Origin: an uncultured Acidobacteriota bacterium
GTDB taxonomy: Bacteria > Acidobacteriota > Thermoanaerobaculia > UBA5066
DNA: 64,000 nt
Reading direction: 5' to 3'
Assembly: GCA_963779415.1 (NCBI GenBank)
Contig: CAVZYA010000001.1
Location: 1-64,000, forward strand
A model generated the notes under the pieces. It was given only the letters and a program-made list of their open reading frames with translations, did not search any database and had not been told where the DNA came from. Shown here piece by piece: positions 54,068 to 64,000 of this stretch (the stretch's first letter is position 1; every line of letters begins with the position of its first letter). A program made the translations under genes and the position numbers.

Positions 54068-56005
54068 GTGGCGAAGACCGTCCTCGGCCTCTCGGCCTTT
54101 TACCACGACTCCGCCGCCTGCCTCCTCGTCGACGGGAAGGTCGTCGCCGCGGCGCAGGAGGAGCGATTCACGCGGAAGAAGCACGACGCGGAGTTTCCGG
54201 CGCACGCGGCCCGTTACTGCCTCGCCGAAGGGAAGCTCGCCGCGAAGGATCTCGACGTCGTCGCCTTCTACGACAAGCCGCTCCTGAAGTTCGAACGCCT
54301 CTTCGAGACCTACATCGACTACGCCCCGCGCGGCTTCGAATCCTTCCGCAAGGCGATGCCGCTCTGGCTGACGAACCGGCTCTGGATGGAGGAGACGATC
54401 CGGAAAGAGCTCGACACTCCGGCGAGGATCCTCTTCGGCGACCACCACGAGTCGCACGCGGCCTCGGCCTTCTTCCCTTCGCCGTTCGAGGAGGCGGCGA
54501 TTCTGACGATGGACGGCGTCGGGGAGTGGGCGACTTCCTCGGTCGGGATCGGAAAGGGAAACGGGATCGACCTCGTCTCCGAACTTCGTTTTCCCCACTC
54601 GATCGGACTCCTCTACTCGTCCTTCACCTATTTCTGCGGCTTCAAGGTGAACAGCGGCGAGTACAAGCTGATGGGCCTCGCGCCCTACGGAACGCCGAAG
54701 TACGCGGGCGTCATCAGGGAGCAGCTCGTCCACGTCTTCGACGACGGGTCGATCCGCCTGAACATGGAGCATTTCGACTTCCCGAGCCGCCTCCGGATGA
54801 CGGGCGCCGGTTTCGAGAAGCTCTTCGGCGGACCGGCGCGAGAGGCGGAGTCGCTGCTGACGCAGCGCGAAATGGACCTCGCAGCGTCCATCCAGGAGGT
54901 GACCGAGGAGATCGTCCTGAAGATGGCGCGCCACGCGAAGAAGACGACCGGCGCGAGGTACCTCTGCCTCGCGGGGGGCGTCGCCCTGAACTGCGTCGCG
55001 AACGGCCGCCTCCACCGCGAAGAGGTCTTCGACGACCTCTGGATCCAGCCCGCGGCGGGAGACGCCGGGGGCGCCGTCGGCGCGGCGCTCGCCGTCTGGC
55101 ACCGGTATCTCGGAATGCCGCGAGAAAGTGCCGAGAAAAGGGGGACCTGGAGACCGAAGAGTGCTTCAAAGGGTGAAAGAGAAGAAAGCGTGTCGAGAGG
55201 CGGAGAGGCGGTCGTCGTGGCCCCGGCGCAGGCGACGGCTCTTCCCCCCTACGAAGATGGAATGTCCGGCTCCTTCCTCGGTCCCTCTTATTCCTCTAAG
55301 CAGATTGCGGCCTGGCTGGAATCTCACCACTACCCGTTTCACACGGTCTCCGGAGAGGAGCTCCCCGACGCCGTCGCAGAGCTGCTTTCCGAGGAGAAGG
55401 TCGTCGGCCTCCTGCAGGGGCGGATGGAGTTCGGGCCGCGCGCGCTCGGAGGGCGGAGCATCCTCGGGGATCCACGCTCTCCGAAGATGCAGTCGGTCAT
55501 GAACCTGAAGATCAAGTTTCGGGAGTCTTTCCGCCCCTTCGCCCCCTCCGTGATGCGCGAAGAGGTCTCGACTTGGTTCGAGATCGACGCGGACTCCCCG
55601 TACATGCTCCTCGTGGCCGACGTGGCCCGGCCCCTCCGCCGCGAGATGTCCGAAGCGGAAAAGGGGCTCTGGGGGATCGAAAAGCTGAACGTCCCCCGCT
55701 CCTCGATCCCCGCCGTGACGCACGTCGACTACTCCGCCCGCCTCCAGACGGTCCGGCGGGAGGCGAACCCGCTCTATCACGCCATCCTTTCGGCCTTCCG
55801 GCGGAAGACCGGCTGTCCGGTCGTCGTGAACACGTCGTTCAACGTCCGGGGCGAGCCGATCGTCTGCACCCCCGAGGACGCCTACCGCTGCTTCATGCGG
55901 ACGTCGATGGACGCCCTCGTCCTCGAGAACCACCTTCTCCTCCGCGAGGAGCAGCCGCCCTGGTCCGAGGGGGACGAATGGCGGAAGACCTTTACCCTGG
56001 ATTGA
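54068..56005 (+). CDS. O-carbamoyltransferase (NodU/CmcH/SxtI family)
   Basis: SAFYHDSAA, QEERF.R.KH, HH.SHAAS, EYKLMGLAPYG, GGVALNC, EFGPRALG, RESFRPFAP, NTSFN. Confidence 0.95.
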   Translation: MAKTVLGLSAFYHDSAACLLVDGKVVAAAQEERFTRKKHDAEFPAHAARYCLAEGKLAAKDLDVVAFYDKPLLKFERLFETYIDYAPRGFESFRKAMPLWLTNRLWMEETIRKELDTPARILFGDHHESHAASAFFPSPFEEAAILTMDGVGEWATSSVGIGKGNGIDLVSELRFPHSIGLLYSSFTYFCGFKVNSGEYKLMGLAPYGTPKYAGVIREQLVHVFDDGSIRLNMEHFDFPSRLRMTGAGFEKLFGGPAREAESLLTQREMDLAASIQEVTEEIVLKMARHAKKTTGARYLCLAGGVALNCVANGRLHREEVFDDLWIQPAAGDAGGAVGAALAVWHRYLGMPRESAEKRGTWRPKSASKGEREESVSRGGEAVVVAPAQATALPPYEDGMSGSFLGPSYSSKQIAAWLESHHYPFHTVSGEELPDAVAELLSEEKVVGLLQGRMEFGPRALGGRSILGDPRSPKMQSVMNLKIKFRESFRPFAPSVMREEVSTWFEIDADSPYMLLVADVARPLRREMSEAEKGLWGIEKLNVPRSSIPAVTHVDYSARLQTVRREANPLYHAILSAFRRKTGCPVVVNTSFNVRGEPIVCTPEDAYRCFMRTSMDALVLENHLLLREEQPPWSEGDEWRKTFTLD

Positions 56006-56009
56006 GGCG

Positions 56010-57247
56010 ATGGAGACGCGGACCCGCCTCCGGACGGCCCTCGGCTCCGCGCTGACCGTTCTCGTCTCGACGCTCGTGACGCTGGCGCTCGTCGAGGGGA
56101 TCCTGCGAATCGTCTGGCGGCCCGGGAGACCGGGTCCCCCCCGCCCGACTACGGCGAGGCGGTTCGTGGCGGGGAGCTCGGCCCGGGGGGTCTCCTGAAG
56201 GAGGGCTTCGAAGGTCGCCTCACCGACGGCCTCGGGGGGACGATCTTCTGGAAGAACAACGCCGCCGGCTTCCGGAGGCGCGAGGAGACGGCGACCGTTC
56301 CGCCCCCCGGTCTCTTCCGGGTCCTCTCGCTGGGCGACTCCTTCACGGCGGGCTATCGGGTGGATCAGGAGGCGACCTTCTCGCGGCTCATCGAGGTCGC
56401 TCTTCGGAAGGAGGGGATCCCGGCCGAGGTCCTGATCGCGGAGATCGAGCAGCCGACGACGGGGCTCTGGTGGCTCCTTCACGGCGGCTTCCCATGGCGC
56501 CCGTCCCTCGTCGTCCTCGGCGTGACGCTCGGGAACGACGTCGCGCAGACCTACTTTTCTCTCGACCCTCCGGGCGACTACCGGATCGGGATTCGGGACG
56601 GACGCGTGGAGATGGAGCCTCTGGAACATCCGACGCCGGTCCCCGACCGGACGGAGTACGCGCGGAGGCTTCCCCCATGGTCCCTCGAGCCGGGCGCGCG
56701 GGAGACGCTCGCTCCCGTCCGCCGCCCGCTCCGTCTTCTCGACCTCCTGCTCGGTCCGGCTCCGCAGCCGATCGCCTCTTCGCGCGGCGCCGACTTTCCT
56801 CACGCCCTCTTCGACGGCATCAACGGGCTGGGGATCTTTCTCTCGCCGCCGCCGCCGGAGATCGACGCGGCCCTCGCGAGGACGGAGCGGGTTCTCGGGG
56901 CCTACGCGGCCGCCGCCCGCGAGAACGGGGCGCGGCTCCTCGTCGTCCTTTTTCCGCAGAGGTATCAGGTGCAGGAGAAGGACTGGGAGGCCACCGTCCG
57001 GGGATACGGGCTGCGGGCGGCCGCGTTCGATCTCGACGGGCCGAACCGGCGTCTCTCGGAATACTGTGCGGCGAACGCGATCGCCTGCGTCGATCTTGCG
57101 GGTCCTCTACGGGACGCGCACAAGCGGGGTGGACGGAGCCTCTACCTGCCGGGCGGGGAGATGCACTGGAGCGCCGCGGGACACGCCGCGGCGGCGGCCG
57201 CCCTCCTCCCGAAGATCCGCGAAATGGCCCGTATCGGGGCTCCCTGA
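56010..57247 (+). CDS. SGNH/GDSL hydrolase-like protein (frameshift ~56140)
   Basis: N-terminal TM, LGDSFT.G, GND, EMHWS.AGH. Confidence 0.8.
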
Positions 57248-57363
57248 TCCATTCTCCTCATCGCGCGCCCCTCCGGCCCGGCCTACCATCCGGTCTGGAT
57301 GGCGCGTTTCGCGCGAGCCCCGTTCCGGGCCCCCGAAGAATTCCGAAGAGAGGGTGATCTCCC

Positions 57364-58647
57364 ATGAAAAGTGCGTTCAATCCCTTCGAGATGGCGCAGG
57401 CGCAGTTCGACAAGTCGGCCGACATCCTCGGGCTCGATCCGCCCACGCGCGAAATCCTCCGCTTCCCGCTCCGCGAGTACCACTTCGCGATACCGGTCCG
57501 GATGGACGACGGGAAGGTGAAGGTCTTCCGCGGGTTCCGGGTCCAGCACAACGATGCGCGCGGCCCGTGCAAGGGAGGGATCCGGTTCCACCCGCAGGAG
57601 ACCGTGGACACCGTCCGCGCCCTCTCGATGTGGATGACGTGGAAGTGCGCCGTCGTCGACATTCCGCTCGGCGGAGCCAAGGGCGGGGTCATCTGCGACC
57701 CGCACAACCTCTCTGCCCGCGAGCAGGAAGGGATCTGCCGCGGCTGGATCCGCCAGGTGGCGAAGAACGTCGGCCCCGTGCAGGACGTTCCGGCGCCCGA
57801 CGTCATGACGACGCCCCAGCACATGCTCTGGATGCTCGACGAGTGGGAGCTGATCCACGGTGGCAAGGGCCCGGGCTTCATCACGGGCAAGCCGGTCGGG
57901 ATGGGGGGCTCGCTGGGCCGAACGGAGGCCACCGGCTACGGGGTCGTCTTCACGCTGCGGGAGGCCCTGAAGCGGCTGAACCTCGACATCGCGAAGACGA
58001 AGGCGAGCGTTCAGGGCTTCGGAAACGTCTCCCAGTACGCCGTCCGCCTCTACCAGAAGCTCGGCGGGAAGGTCGTCGGCGTCTCCTCGTGGGACCAGGC
58101 CGACCAGACGAGCTATTTCTTCCGGAAGCTCGACGGCGTCGACCCCGACGTCCTCCTCGGAATCACCGATCCCTTCGGCGGCATCGACAAGAAGAAAGCC
58201 GCCCAGCTCGGCTACGAGGTGCTTCCGGGCGAGGCGTGGATCGAGCAGGACGTCGACATCCTGATCCCGGCCGCCCTCGAGAACCAGATCACCGGTGAGA
58301 CGGCGAAGAAGATCAAGGGGCGCGTGAAGGTCATCGCCGAGGGAGCGAACGGCCCGACGACGCCCGAAGCGGACAAGCTGATCCAGGAGCGCAGCATCTT
58401 CGTCATCCCCGACTTCCTCGCGAACGCCGGCGGCGTCACCTGCAGCTACTTCGAGCAGGTGCAATGCAACATGAACTACTACTGGGAACTGGACGAGGTC
58501 CTCGCCAAGCTGGACACGAAGATGACCTCGGCCTTCCGGGCGGTGGCCGACCTTTCGGCGAGCCGGAAGCTCTACATGCGCGACGCCGCGTACGTCATCG
58601 CGGTGAGCCGGGTCGCGAAGGCGTGCCGGGACCGGGGCTGGGTCTAA
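57364..58647 (+). CDS. gdhA: Glutamate dehydrogenase
   Basis: GPCKGGIRFHP, GGAKGG, DVPAPD, GRTEATG, QGFGNV, EGANGP, NAGGV.CSYFE. Confidence 0.93.
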   Translation: MKSAFNPFEMAQAQFDKSADILGLDPPTREILRFPLREYHFAIPVRMDDGKVKVFRGFRVQHNDARGPCKGGIRFHPQETVDTVRALSMWMTWKCAVVDIPLGGAKGGVICDPHNLSAREQEGICRGWIRQVAKNVGPVQDVPAPDVMTTPQHMLWMLDEWELIHGGKGPGFITGKPVGMGGSLGRTEATGYGVVFTLREALKRLNLDIAKTKASVQGFGNVSQYAVRLYQKLGGKVVGVSSWDQADQTSYFFRKLDGVDPDVLLGITDPFGGIDKKKAAQLGYEVLPGEAWIEQDVDILIPAALENQITGETAKKIKGRVKVIAEGANGPTTPEADKLIQERSIFVIPDFLANAGGVTCSYFEQVQCNMNYYWELDEVLAKLDTKMTSAFRAVADLSASRKLYMRDAAYVIAVSRVAKACRDRGWV

Positions 58648-58706
58648 AGAGCCCTCCTCTCCCCTCCGGGCCCGAAAGTGGGCGATGATCGCCTGCGGGT
58701 GAGACG

Positions 58707-61469
58707 GTGAAGCCGGCGTCGGAAGCGGACGGCATCCTCGAAGCGCTGCAGGAGCGCGCGAAGGAGCTGACCTGTCTTTACCGGGTCCACGAGATCTGCA
58801 ATCAGGCCGGCACCTCCCTCGACGAGATCCTCCGGGGCGTCACCCGTGTCCTGCCTCACGGCTGGCAGTTCCCGGCGGAATGCGAGGCGCGCGTCGAGGC
58901 GTCCGGAATCGTCTGCGAGCCGCCCGGCTTCGCGAGAACGCCCTGGGTGCAGACGGCCCCGATCCGGGTCCAGGGCGAGACCGTCGGGACTGTGGAGGTC
59001 CTCTACACGAAAGCGTTCCCCGAAGCGGACGAAGGGCCGTTCCTGAAGCAGGAGCGGAAGCTCCTCGAGACGGTCGCCGAACGGATCGGCCAGCTCCTCC
59101 TCCAGCGTCAGCTTCTGGACAGCCTTCAAGCCCTCCCCGGGGACTCGTCGCCCCCCTTCCTGAGGCCCCGCGGCGACTGGGGAATCGTCGTCGACTTTCT
59201 CCGGAAGACCGACGCCCACCTCCTCGTGAGGGTCTCCCGCCGGATGATCAACCACCTCTGCTGGAACGGCGTGGCCGAGGCCCAGGACCTCCTGCCGAAG
59301 TTCGCGGGCGCCCGCCCCGCCGACGAGGGGGACGAGAACCGGCCGACGGCGCGCCGGAGCCTCGACGCGCTCGGCGGCGTGGCCGACGAGGCGTTCCGGA
59401 TCGCGGCCGACCACCTGCCGTCCGACGAGATCGTCACGCTCATCCAGAAATGGATCAAGGACGAGAAGGCGGGCTTTCTGACGGAGGCCGTCGAGAACCA
59501 GGGGACGTCGCTCACGGAGATCGCGGAGGCTCTCGGGCGCTTCCAGAACGCGGGGCTCGAGGACCGCGAGCTCTCCCGCGCGATCCAGGTGGAGCTGCGG
59601 GTGGGCCTCGCGCGCCGGTTCCTGACGGACGACCTCGACTTCATCAACACGGCCAAGGACTACGTCGAGGTCTTCGACTTCTTCGACCTCGCGCAGCGCG
59701 TCGTCTCTCCGCCGCGGAGCCACGGCCGCCTCGGCGGGAAGGCTTCCGGGCTCTTTCTCGCCGCGCAGATCGTCCGGAAGTCGACGGAGCTCGCGGAGCT
59801 GCTCGGCGACGTTCGGGTCCCGAAGACGTGGTACGTCACGTCCGACGGCATCCTGAACTTCATCGAGTTCAACGAGCTCGAGGACCTGTACAACCGGAAG
59901 TACCTTGAGATCGACCAGGTGCGGCGCGAATACCCGCACGTCATCCAGGTCTTCAAGAACTCGAACTTCTCGCCGGACATCGTGAAGGGCCTCTCTCTCG
60001 CCCTCGACGACTTCGAGGAGCGCCCGCTCATCGTCCGCTCCTCGAGCCTCCTCGAGGATCGCGTCGGCGCCGCGTTCTCGGGAAAGTACAAGAGCCTCTT
60101 CCTCGCGAACCAGGGGACGAAGTCCGAGCGTCTCGCGGAGCTGATGGACGCCGTCGCGGAGGTCTACGCCTCGGTCTTCGGACCCGATCCGATCGAGTAC
60201 CGCGCGGAGCGCAGCCTACTCGACGTCCACGAGGAGATGGGGGTGCTGATCCAGGAGGTCGTCGGGACGCGGGTCGGGAAGTATTTTCTCCCGAGCTTTG
60301 CCGGCGTCGCTTTCTCGAACAACGAGTTCCGCTGGTCGGATCGGATCCGCCGGGAGGACGGCCTCGTCCGGATGGTGCCGGGGCTCGGGACGCGGGCCGT
60401 GGACCGGATCGGGGACGACTACCCGGTTCTCGTGGCGCCCGGGCAGCCGGGCCTTCGCGTGAACGTCACGCCCGACGAGGTCGTCCGGTACTCGCCGAAG
60501 AAGGCCGACGTCATCAATCTCGAGAAGCGCGCCTTCGAGACCGTCGACCTCTCGGACCTCGTCGCCTGCTGCGGGGCGGACCTCCCGGGCGCCGCCGACG
60601 TCTTCTCCGTCTTCGAGGACGACCGGCTCCACCGGCCGCTTCTCGTCGACTGGGAGACGAAGCGGAGCCGGTTCGTCGCGAACTTCGACGGGCTCCTTTC
60701 CGCGACCCCGTTCCTCTCCCGGATCCGCGCTCTCCTGAAGCTCCTCGCCGAGGCGACCGGCGGGCCCGTCGACATCGAGTTCGCCTCCGACGGGAGAAAC
60801 CTTCACCTTCTCCAGTGCCGGCCGCAGAGCTTCTCGGAAGAGGAGGCCGCGGAACCGATACCGCGCGACCTCGTGCCGGCCCGCGTCATCTTCGAGGCGA
60901 AGAAATTCGTCTCCCGCGGGCGCGTCCCGGAGATCACGCACATCGTCTACGTCGATCCCGACGGCTACCGCGGGCTTCCGGACCTCGCTTCGCTGAAGAG
61001 GGTCGGCCGGGCGGTGGGGCGCGTCAACAAGCTCCTTCCCAAGAGACGGTTCATCCTGATGGGGCCGGGGCGGTGGGGGAGCCGGGGGGACGTGAAGCTG
61101 GGCGTCCCGGTGGGCTACTCGGACATCAACAACACGGCGGTCCTGATCGAGATCGCGCGAAAGCGCGGCGGGTACGTCCCGGACCTCTCCTTCGGGACAC
61201 ATTTCTTCCAGGACCTCGTCGAGGCCTCGATCCGGTATCTCCCCCTCTTCCCCGACGATCCGGACATCCTCTTCGGCGAGCCGTTTCTCCGGACCGCGCC
61301 GAACGTCCTCGCGGAGCTGGCGCCCGAGTTCGCCGATCTCGCCGGGGTCGTCCGCGTCATCGACGTCCCGCGAGCCACGAACGGGCTCGTCCTCCGGGTC
61401 GTCATGGACGCGGAGGCGGACCGGGCCGTGGGGTTCCTGTCGCCCCCCGCGGGCCGGCCCGCCTCGTGA
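58707..61469 (+). CDS. PEP-synthase/PPDK-like nucleotide-binding protein with N-terminal GAF-like domain
   Basis: LQERAKELTCLY..GWQFP..GPFL.QE.KLL, GRLGGKA.GL, VRSSSLLED...FSGKY, VDIEFA, LLQCRP, GPGRWGS, SFGTHFFQDL. Confidence 0.85.
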   Translation: MKPASEADGILEALQERAKELTCLYRVHEICNQAGTSLDEILRGVTRVLPHGWQFPAECEARVEASGIVCEPPGFARTPWVQTAPIRVQGETVGTVEVLYTKAFPEADEGPFLKQERKLLETVAERIGQLLLQRQLLDSLQALPGDSSPPFLRPRGDWGIVVDFLRKTDAHLLVRVSRRMINHLCWNGVAEAQDLLPKFAGARPADEGDENRPTARRSLDALGGVADEAFRIAADHLPSDEIVTLIQKWIKDEKAGFLTEAVENQGTSLTEIAEALGRFQNAGLEDRELSRAIQVELRVGLARRFLTDDLDFINTAKDYVEVFDFFDLAQRVVSPPRSHGRLGGKASGLFLAAQIVRKSTELAELLGDVRVPKTWYVTSDGILNFIEFNELEDLYNRKYLEIDQVRREYPHVIQVFKNSNFSPDIVKGLSLALDDFEERPLIVRSSSLLEDRVGAAFSGKYKSLFLANQGTKSERLAELMDAVAEVYASVFGPDPIEYRAERSLLDVHEEMGVLIQEVVGTRVGKYFLPSFAGVAFSNNEFRWSDRIRREDGLVRMVPGLGTRAVDRIGDDYPVLVAPGQPGLRVNVTPDEVVRYSPKKADVINLEKRAFETVDLSDLVACCGADLPGAADVFSVFEDDRLHRPLLVDWETKRSRFVANFDGLLSATPFLSRIRALLKLLAEATGGPVDIEFASDGRNLHLLQCRPQSFSEEEAAEPIPRDLVPARVIFEAKKFVSRGRVPEITHIVYVDPDGYRGLPDLASLKRVGRAVGRVNKLLPKRRFILMGPGRWGSRGDVKLGVPVGYSDINNTAVLIEIARKRGGYVPDLSFGTHFFQDLVEASIRYLPLFPDDPDILFGEPFLRTAPNVLAELAPEFADLAGVVRVIDVPRATNGLVLRVVMDAEADRAVGFLSPPAGRPAS

Positions 61470-61476
61470 GGGCGCC

Positions 61477-62895
61477 TTACGGGAAGATCCCGAGCGAGAC
61501 GTAGCTCAGGGCGATCTTGTCGATCGCGCCGATGAGAGCGGCGCCGCGGAGATCCTGTACCTTCGGGAAGCGGCGCTGCGTGGCCCGGATCTCCCGGTAC
61601 GCGTCGATCATCGTCTCGTCGAGGCCGGAGTTGACGAGATCTTCCTCGTCGGCCCCTCGGACGAGGAGCGCCCTCTCCGTGTCCGTCAGCGTTTTGCCGG
61701 TCGTGTTCTCGAGCGACTTGACCATCCGCGAGTAGGCCATCTCCTCGTAGCGCTTCTCCATCCGGCCGAACCGGACGTGCGAGAGGTTCTTCAGCCACTC
61801 GAAGTACGACACGGTGACGCCGCCGGCGTTCAGGTACATGTCGGGGACCACGACGACCCCCTTTTTCCGGAGGATCTCGTCGGCATCGGCCGTGACGGGG
61901 CCGTTCGCGGCCTCGCCGACGATTTTCGCCCGGACCTTCCCCGCGTTCCCGGCGGTGATGACGTTCTCGAGAGCGGCCGGAACGAGGATTTCGCATTCTA
62001 CGAAGAGAGCCTCCTCGGTCGTCGCGAGGTCCCTCGCCCCCGGATAGCCCGTGATCTTTCCGGTCTCCGTCCGGTGCCGGACCACGTCGTCCACGCGAAG
62101 CCCTTTCGGGTTCGTGATCGCCCCCTCCCACTCCGCGAGGCCGACGAGAACGGCCCCCGCCTCCTCGAGGAACTTCGCCGCGTGGTATCCGACGTTTCCG
62201 AGGCCCTGGACGACGACCCGCTTCCCGGCGAGGCCCATCGGGAGGCCGAGCTGCTTCATCAAGTCGTCGTCGTTCACGCATTCCCGGAGGCCGAAGAAGA
62301 CGCCGCGACCGGTCGCCTCCTTTCGCCCCCGGATTCCCCCGAGGTAGACGGGTTTGCCGGTGACGCAGCCCGAGGCGTCGATCTCGCCCGTGTGGAACTG
62401 TTCGTAGGTGTCGGCGATCCAGGCCATCTCCCTCGGGCCGCTTCCGTAGTCGGGTGCCGGAACGTCGATGCCGGGTCCGATGAAGTTCTTCTTGACCAGC
62501 TCGGCCGTGTACCGGCGCGTGATCCGCTCCAGCTGCTCGGGCGAGGTCTTGCGTGGGTCGATCCGGATGGCCCCCTTCGCGCCGCCGAACGGCACGTCGA
62601 CGATGGCGCACTTGAAGGTCATCAGGGCGGCCAGCGCGAGGACCTCGTCCTCGTTGACGTCCGGCGAGTAGCGGATCCCGCCCTTCACCGGCAGCTTGTG
62701 GTGGCTGTGCTCGGCCCGCCACGCGTCGATGACCTCGTAGCCCTTCCCGTCCTCGCGCCGCACCGGGAAGTGAAACTTGTAGATGCTGTTGCAGACGCGG
62801 ATCTGGTCGAGAAGCCCCTGCGGATAGTCGAGGAACGCCGCCGCGGCGGCGAAGTTTCGGTCGACGGTGGCGAGGAAACTCTGTGAAGTCGTCAT
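61477..62895 (-). CDS. gdhA: Glutamate dehydrogenase, second copy (animal-mitochondrial-like subtype)
   Basis: [59 protein letters not shown]. Confidence 0.93.
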   Translation of the reverse strand: MTTSQSFLATVDRNFAAAAAFLDYPQGLLDQIRVCNSIYKFHFPVRREDGKGYEVIDAWRAEHSHHKLPVKGGIRYSPDVNEDEVLALAALMTFKCAIVDVPFGGAKGAIRIDPRKTSPEQLERITRRYTAELVKKNFIGPGIDVPAPDYGSGPREMAWIADTYEQFHTGEIDASGCVTGKPVYLGGIRGRKEATGRGVFFGLRECVNDDDLMKQLGLPMGLAGKRVVVQGLGNVGYHAAKFLEEAGAVLVGLAEWEGAITNPKGLRVDDVVRHRTETGKITGYPGARDLATTEEALFVECEILVPAALENVITAGNAGKVRAKIVGEAANGPVTADADEILRKKGVVVVPDMYLNAGGVTVSYFEWLKNLSHVRFGRMEKRYEEMAYSRMVKSLENTTGKTLTDTERALLVRGADEEDLVNSGLDETMIDAYREIRATQRRFPKVQDLRGAALIGAIDKIALSYVSLGIFP

Positions 62896-63186
62896 TCATC
62901 CTCCCGATGGGACGAAGTCTAGACGACACCCCGGCGGAGACAAGCCGGGCGATGCCGGAAAGGCCATTTTTCGGGGGAAGCTGCTTTCTATCACACGTCC
63001 CTGGCCCGCCAGAATGATGCATCTTGGGGGGGTGAGGTCGCTGCCGGGGGACATTAGTCTCCGCGCGGCTTGATGGTCCGGCTTCACGTTCCTTCACACG
63101 CCGCGTGCCGTGGATTCCGTCTGCCCGCGGTGTTTCTTTCTCGATCTTTCGATCAATTCAGACCGTAGGAGAGAGGAGAGGTGTCT

Positions 63187-64000
63187 ATGACTCGAACGCG
63201 AACTTCCCTGGCGGCTCTGGCCGTCTTCATGGCCGTCCTCGTGACGGCCATTACCCGCCTTCGGGCAGGAGACCACCGGTGGTCTTCAGGGGGACGTGAC
63301 GGTCAAGTCGGACAAGAGCCCCCTTCCCGGCGCCACCGTGGAGGCCGTTCACGTCCCGACCGGCACACGCTATACCGCGGTGACGTCGGCCACAGGACGG
63401 TTCAGCATTCTCAACGTCCGCGTCGGCGGGCCCTATACCGTGACCGCGAAGCTCACCGGCTTCAGGACCGAGACCTTCAAGGACATCACCATCGCCCTCG
63501 GTGAGAGGCGCTATCTCAGCTTCGAGCTGAACATCGAGGCCGTACAGCAGAGCGTCATGGTGACGGCCGAAGCCGAGCCGCTGATCAGCCCGAACCGGAT
63601 GGGCTCCACCGAGTCGATTTCGGGAGACGAGATCAAATCCCTGCCGACGATTCGCCGGCAGTTCCAGGATTTCGCCCGGGCGAACCCATACGTCAACGTG
63701 CAGGCCTACGACACGACGCAGACCAACATCACCGTGGCGGGGAAGAACAACCGGTACAACACGATCCAGATCGACGGAGCGGTCAACAACGACCTGTTCG
63801 GCCTCTCCACGACCGGCACCCCGGGCGGCCAGACCGACACGCAGCCCATCTCGCTGGAAGACATTCAGGAGCTTCAGGTCGCCGTCTCACCTTACGACAT
63901 CAAGCAGGGGGGATTCACTGGCGGCGCCATCAACATGATCACGAAGAGCGGGACGAACGATTTCCACGGGTCCGCCTACGGTTTCACGCGGAACCAGAAA
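63187..64000 (+). CDS. TonB-dependent receptor (Oar-like), 5' part, indel ~63260
   Basis: QETTG.L.G.V, LPGATV.A.H.PTG, R.GGPY.VT, N...IDGA.NND.FGL, PYD..QGGFTG..IN..TKSGTN.FHG. Confidence 0.9.

Noticed and set aside
53519-57247. Saxitoxin gene cluster
   Set aside because: Core sxtA/sxtG/sxtB genes are absent, and the IJK-like cassette is common on its own.
43932-62886. Long antisense ORFs opposite the ATPases, GDHs and regulator
   Set aside because: Shadow ORFs expected from high-GC codon bias, with no protein motifs.

Overview
The window is not one continuous genome. It reads as at least three joined segments, with many single-base indels typical of long-read or consensus errors. (A) 1-~31.78 kb looks Bdellovibrionota/Oligoflexia-like (inference from gene content). 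It carries MarR/trxA/nemA, a ~5.8 kb Calx-beta plus 5x glycine-rich repeat surface protein, secreted PLD and S28 peptidase, an MMPL transporter running into a cytochrome P450, and gltD/gltB. The gltB body has a different, Nitrospira-like character and is cut near its N-terminus. (B) ~31.78-36.53 kb is very GC-rich and error-rich (Chloroflexota/Actinomycetota-like). It carries an eCIS-type AAA ATPase end, a DUF4157 protein, LuxR, an FGGY kinase, and an FMN riboswitch ahead of a truncated RibXY-like ABC importer. (C) ~36.53-64 kb looks Acidobacteriota (Thermoanaerobaculia)-like. It starts with the end of an integrative element (AAA helicase, iteron-like repeats, Xis, tyrosine integrase) and two identical 26-bp tRNA-Sec-type 3' att copies flanking an SLH gene. 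It continues with a cstA locus, RelBE-type TA, panE, pyrE, an sxtJK-carbamoyltransferase-SGNH cluster, two glutamate dehydrogenases around a sensor-fused dikinase-like gene, and a TonB receptor start. Best candidate for an undescribed system (40.7-46.1 kb): cstA, a CCDC47/DUF1682-like membrane protein, two paralogous small hydrophobic proteins, and two Get3/ArsA ATPases with complementary degenerate switch motifs. This may be a bacterial GET/PAT-like membrane-protein chaperone module. All family calls come from motifs read by eye; no database search was run.
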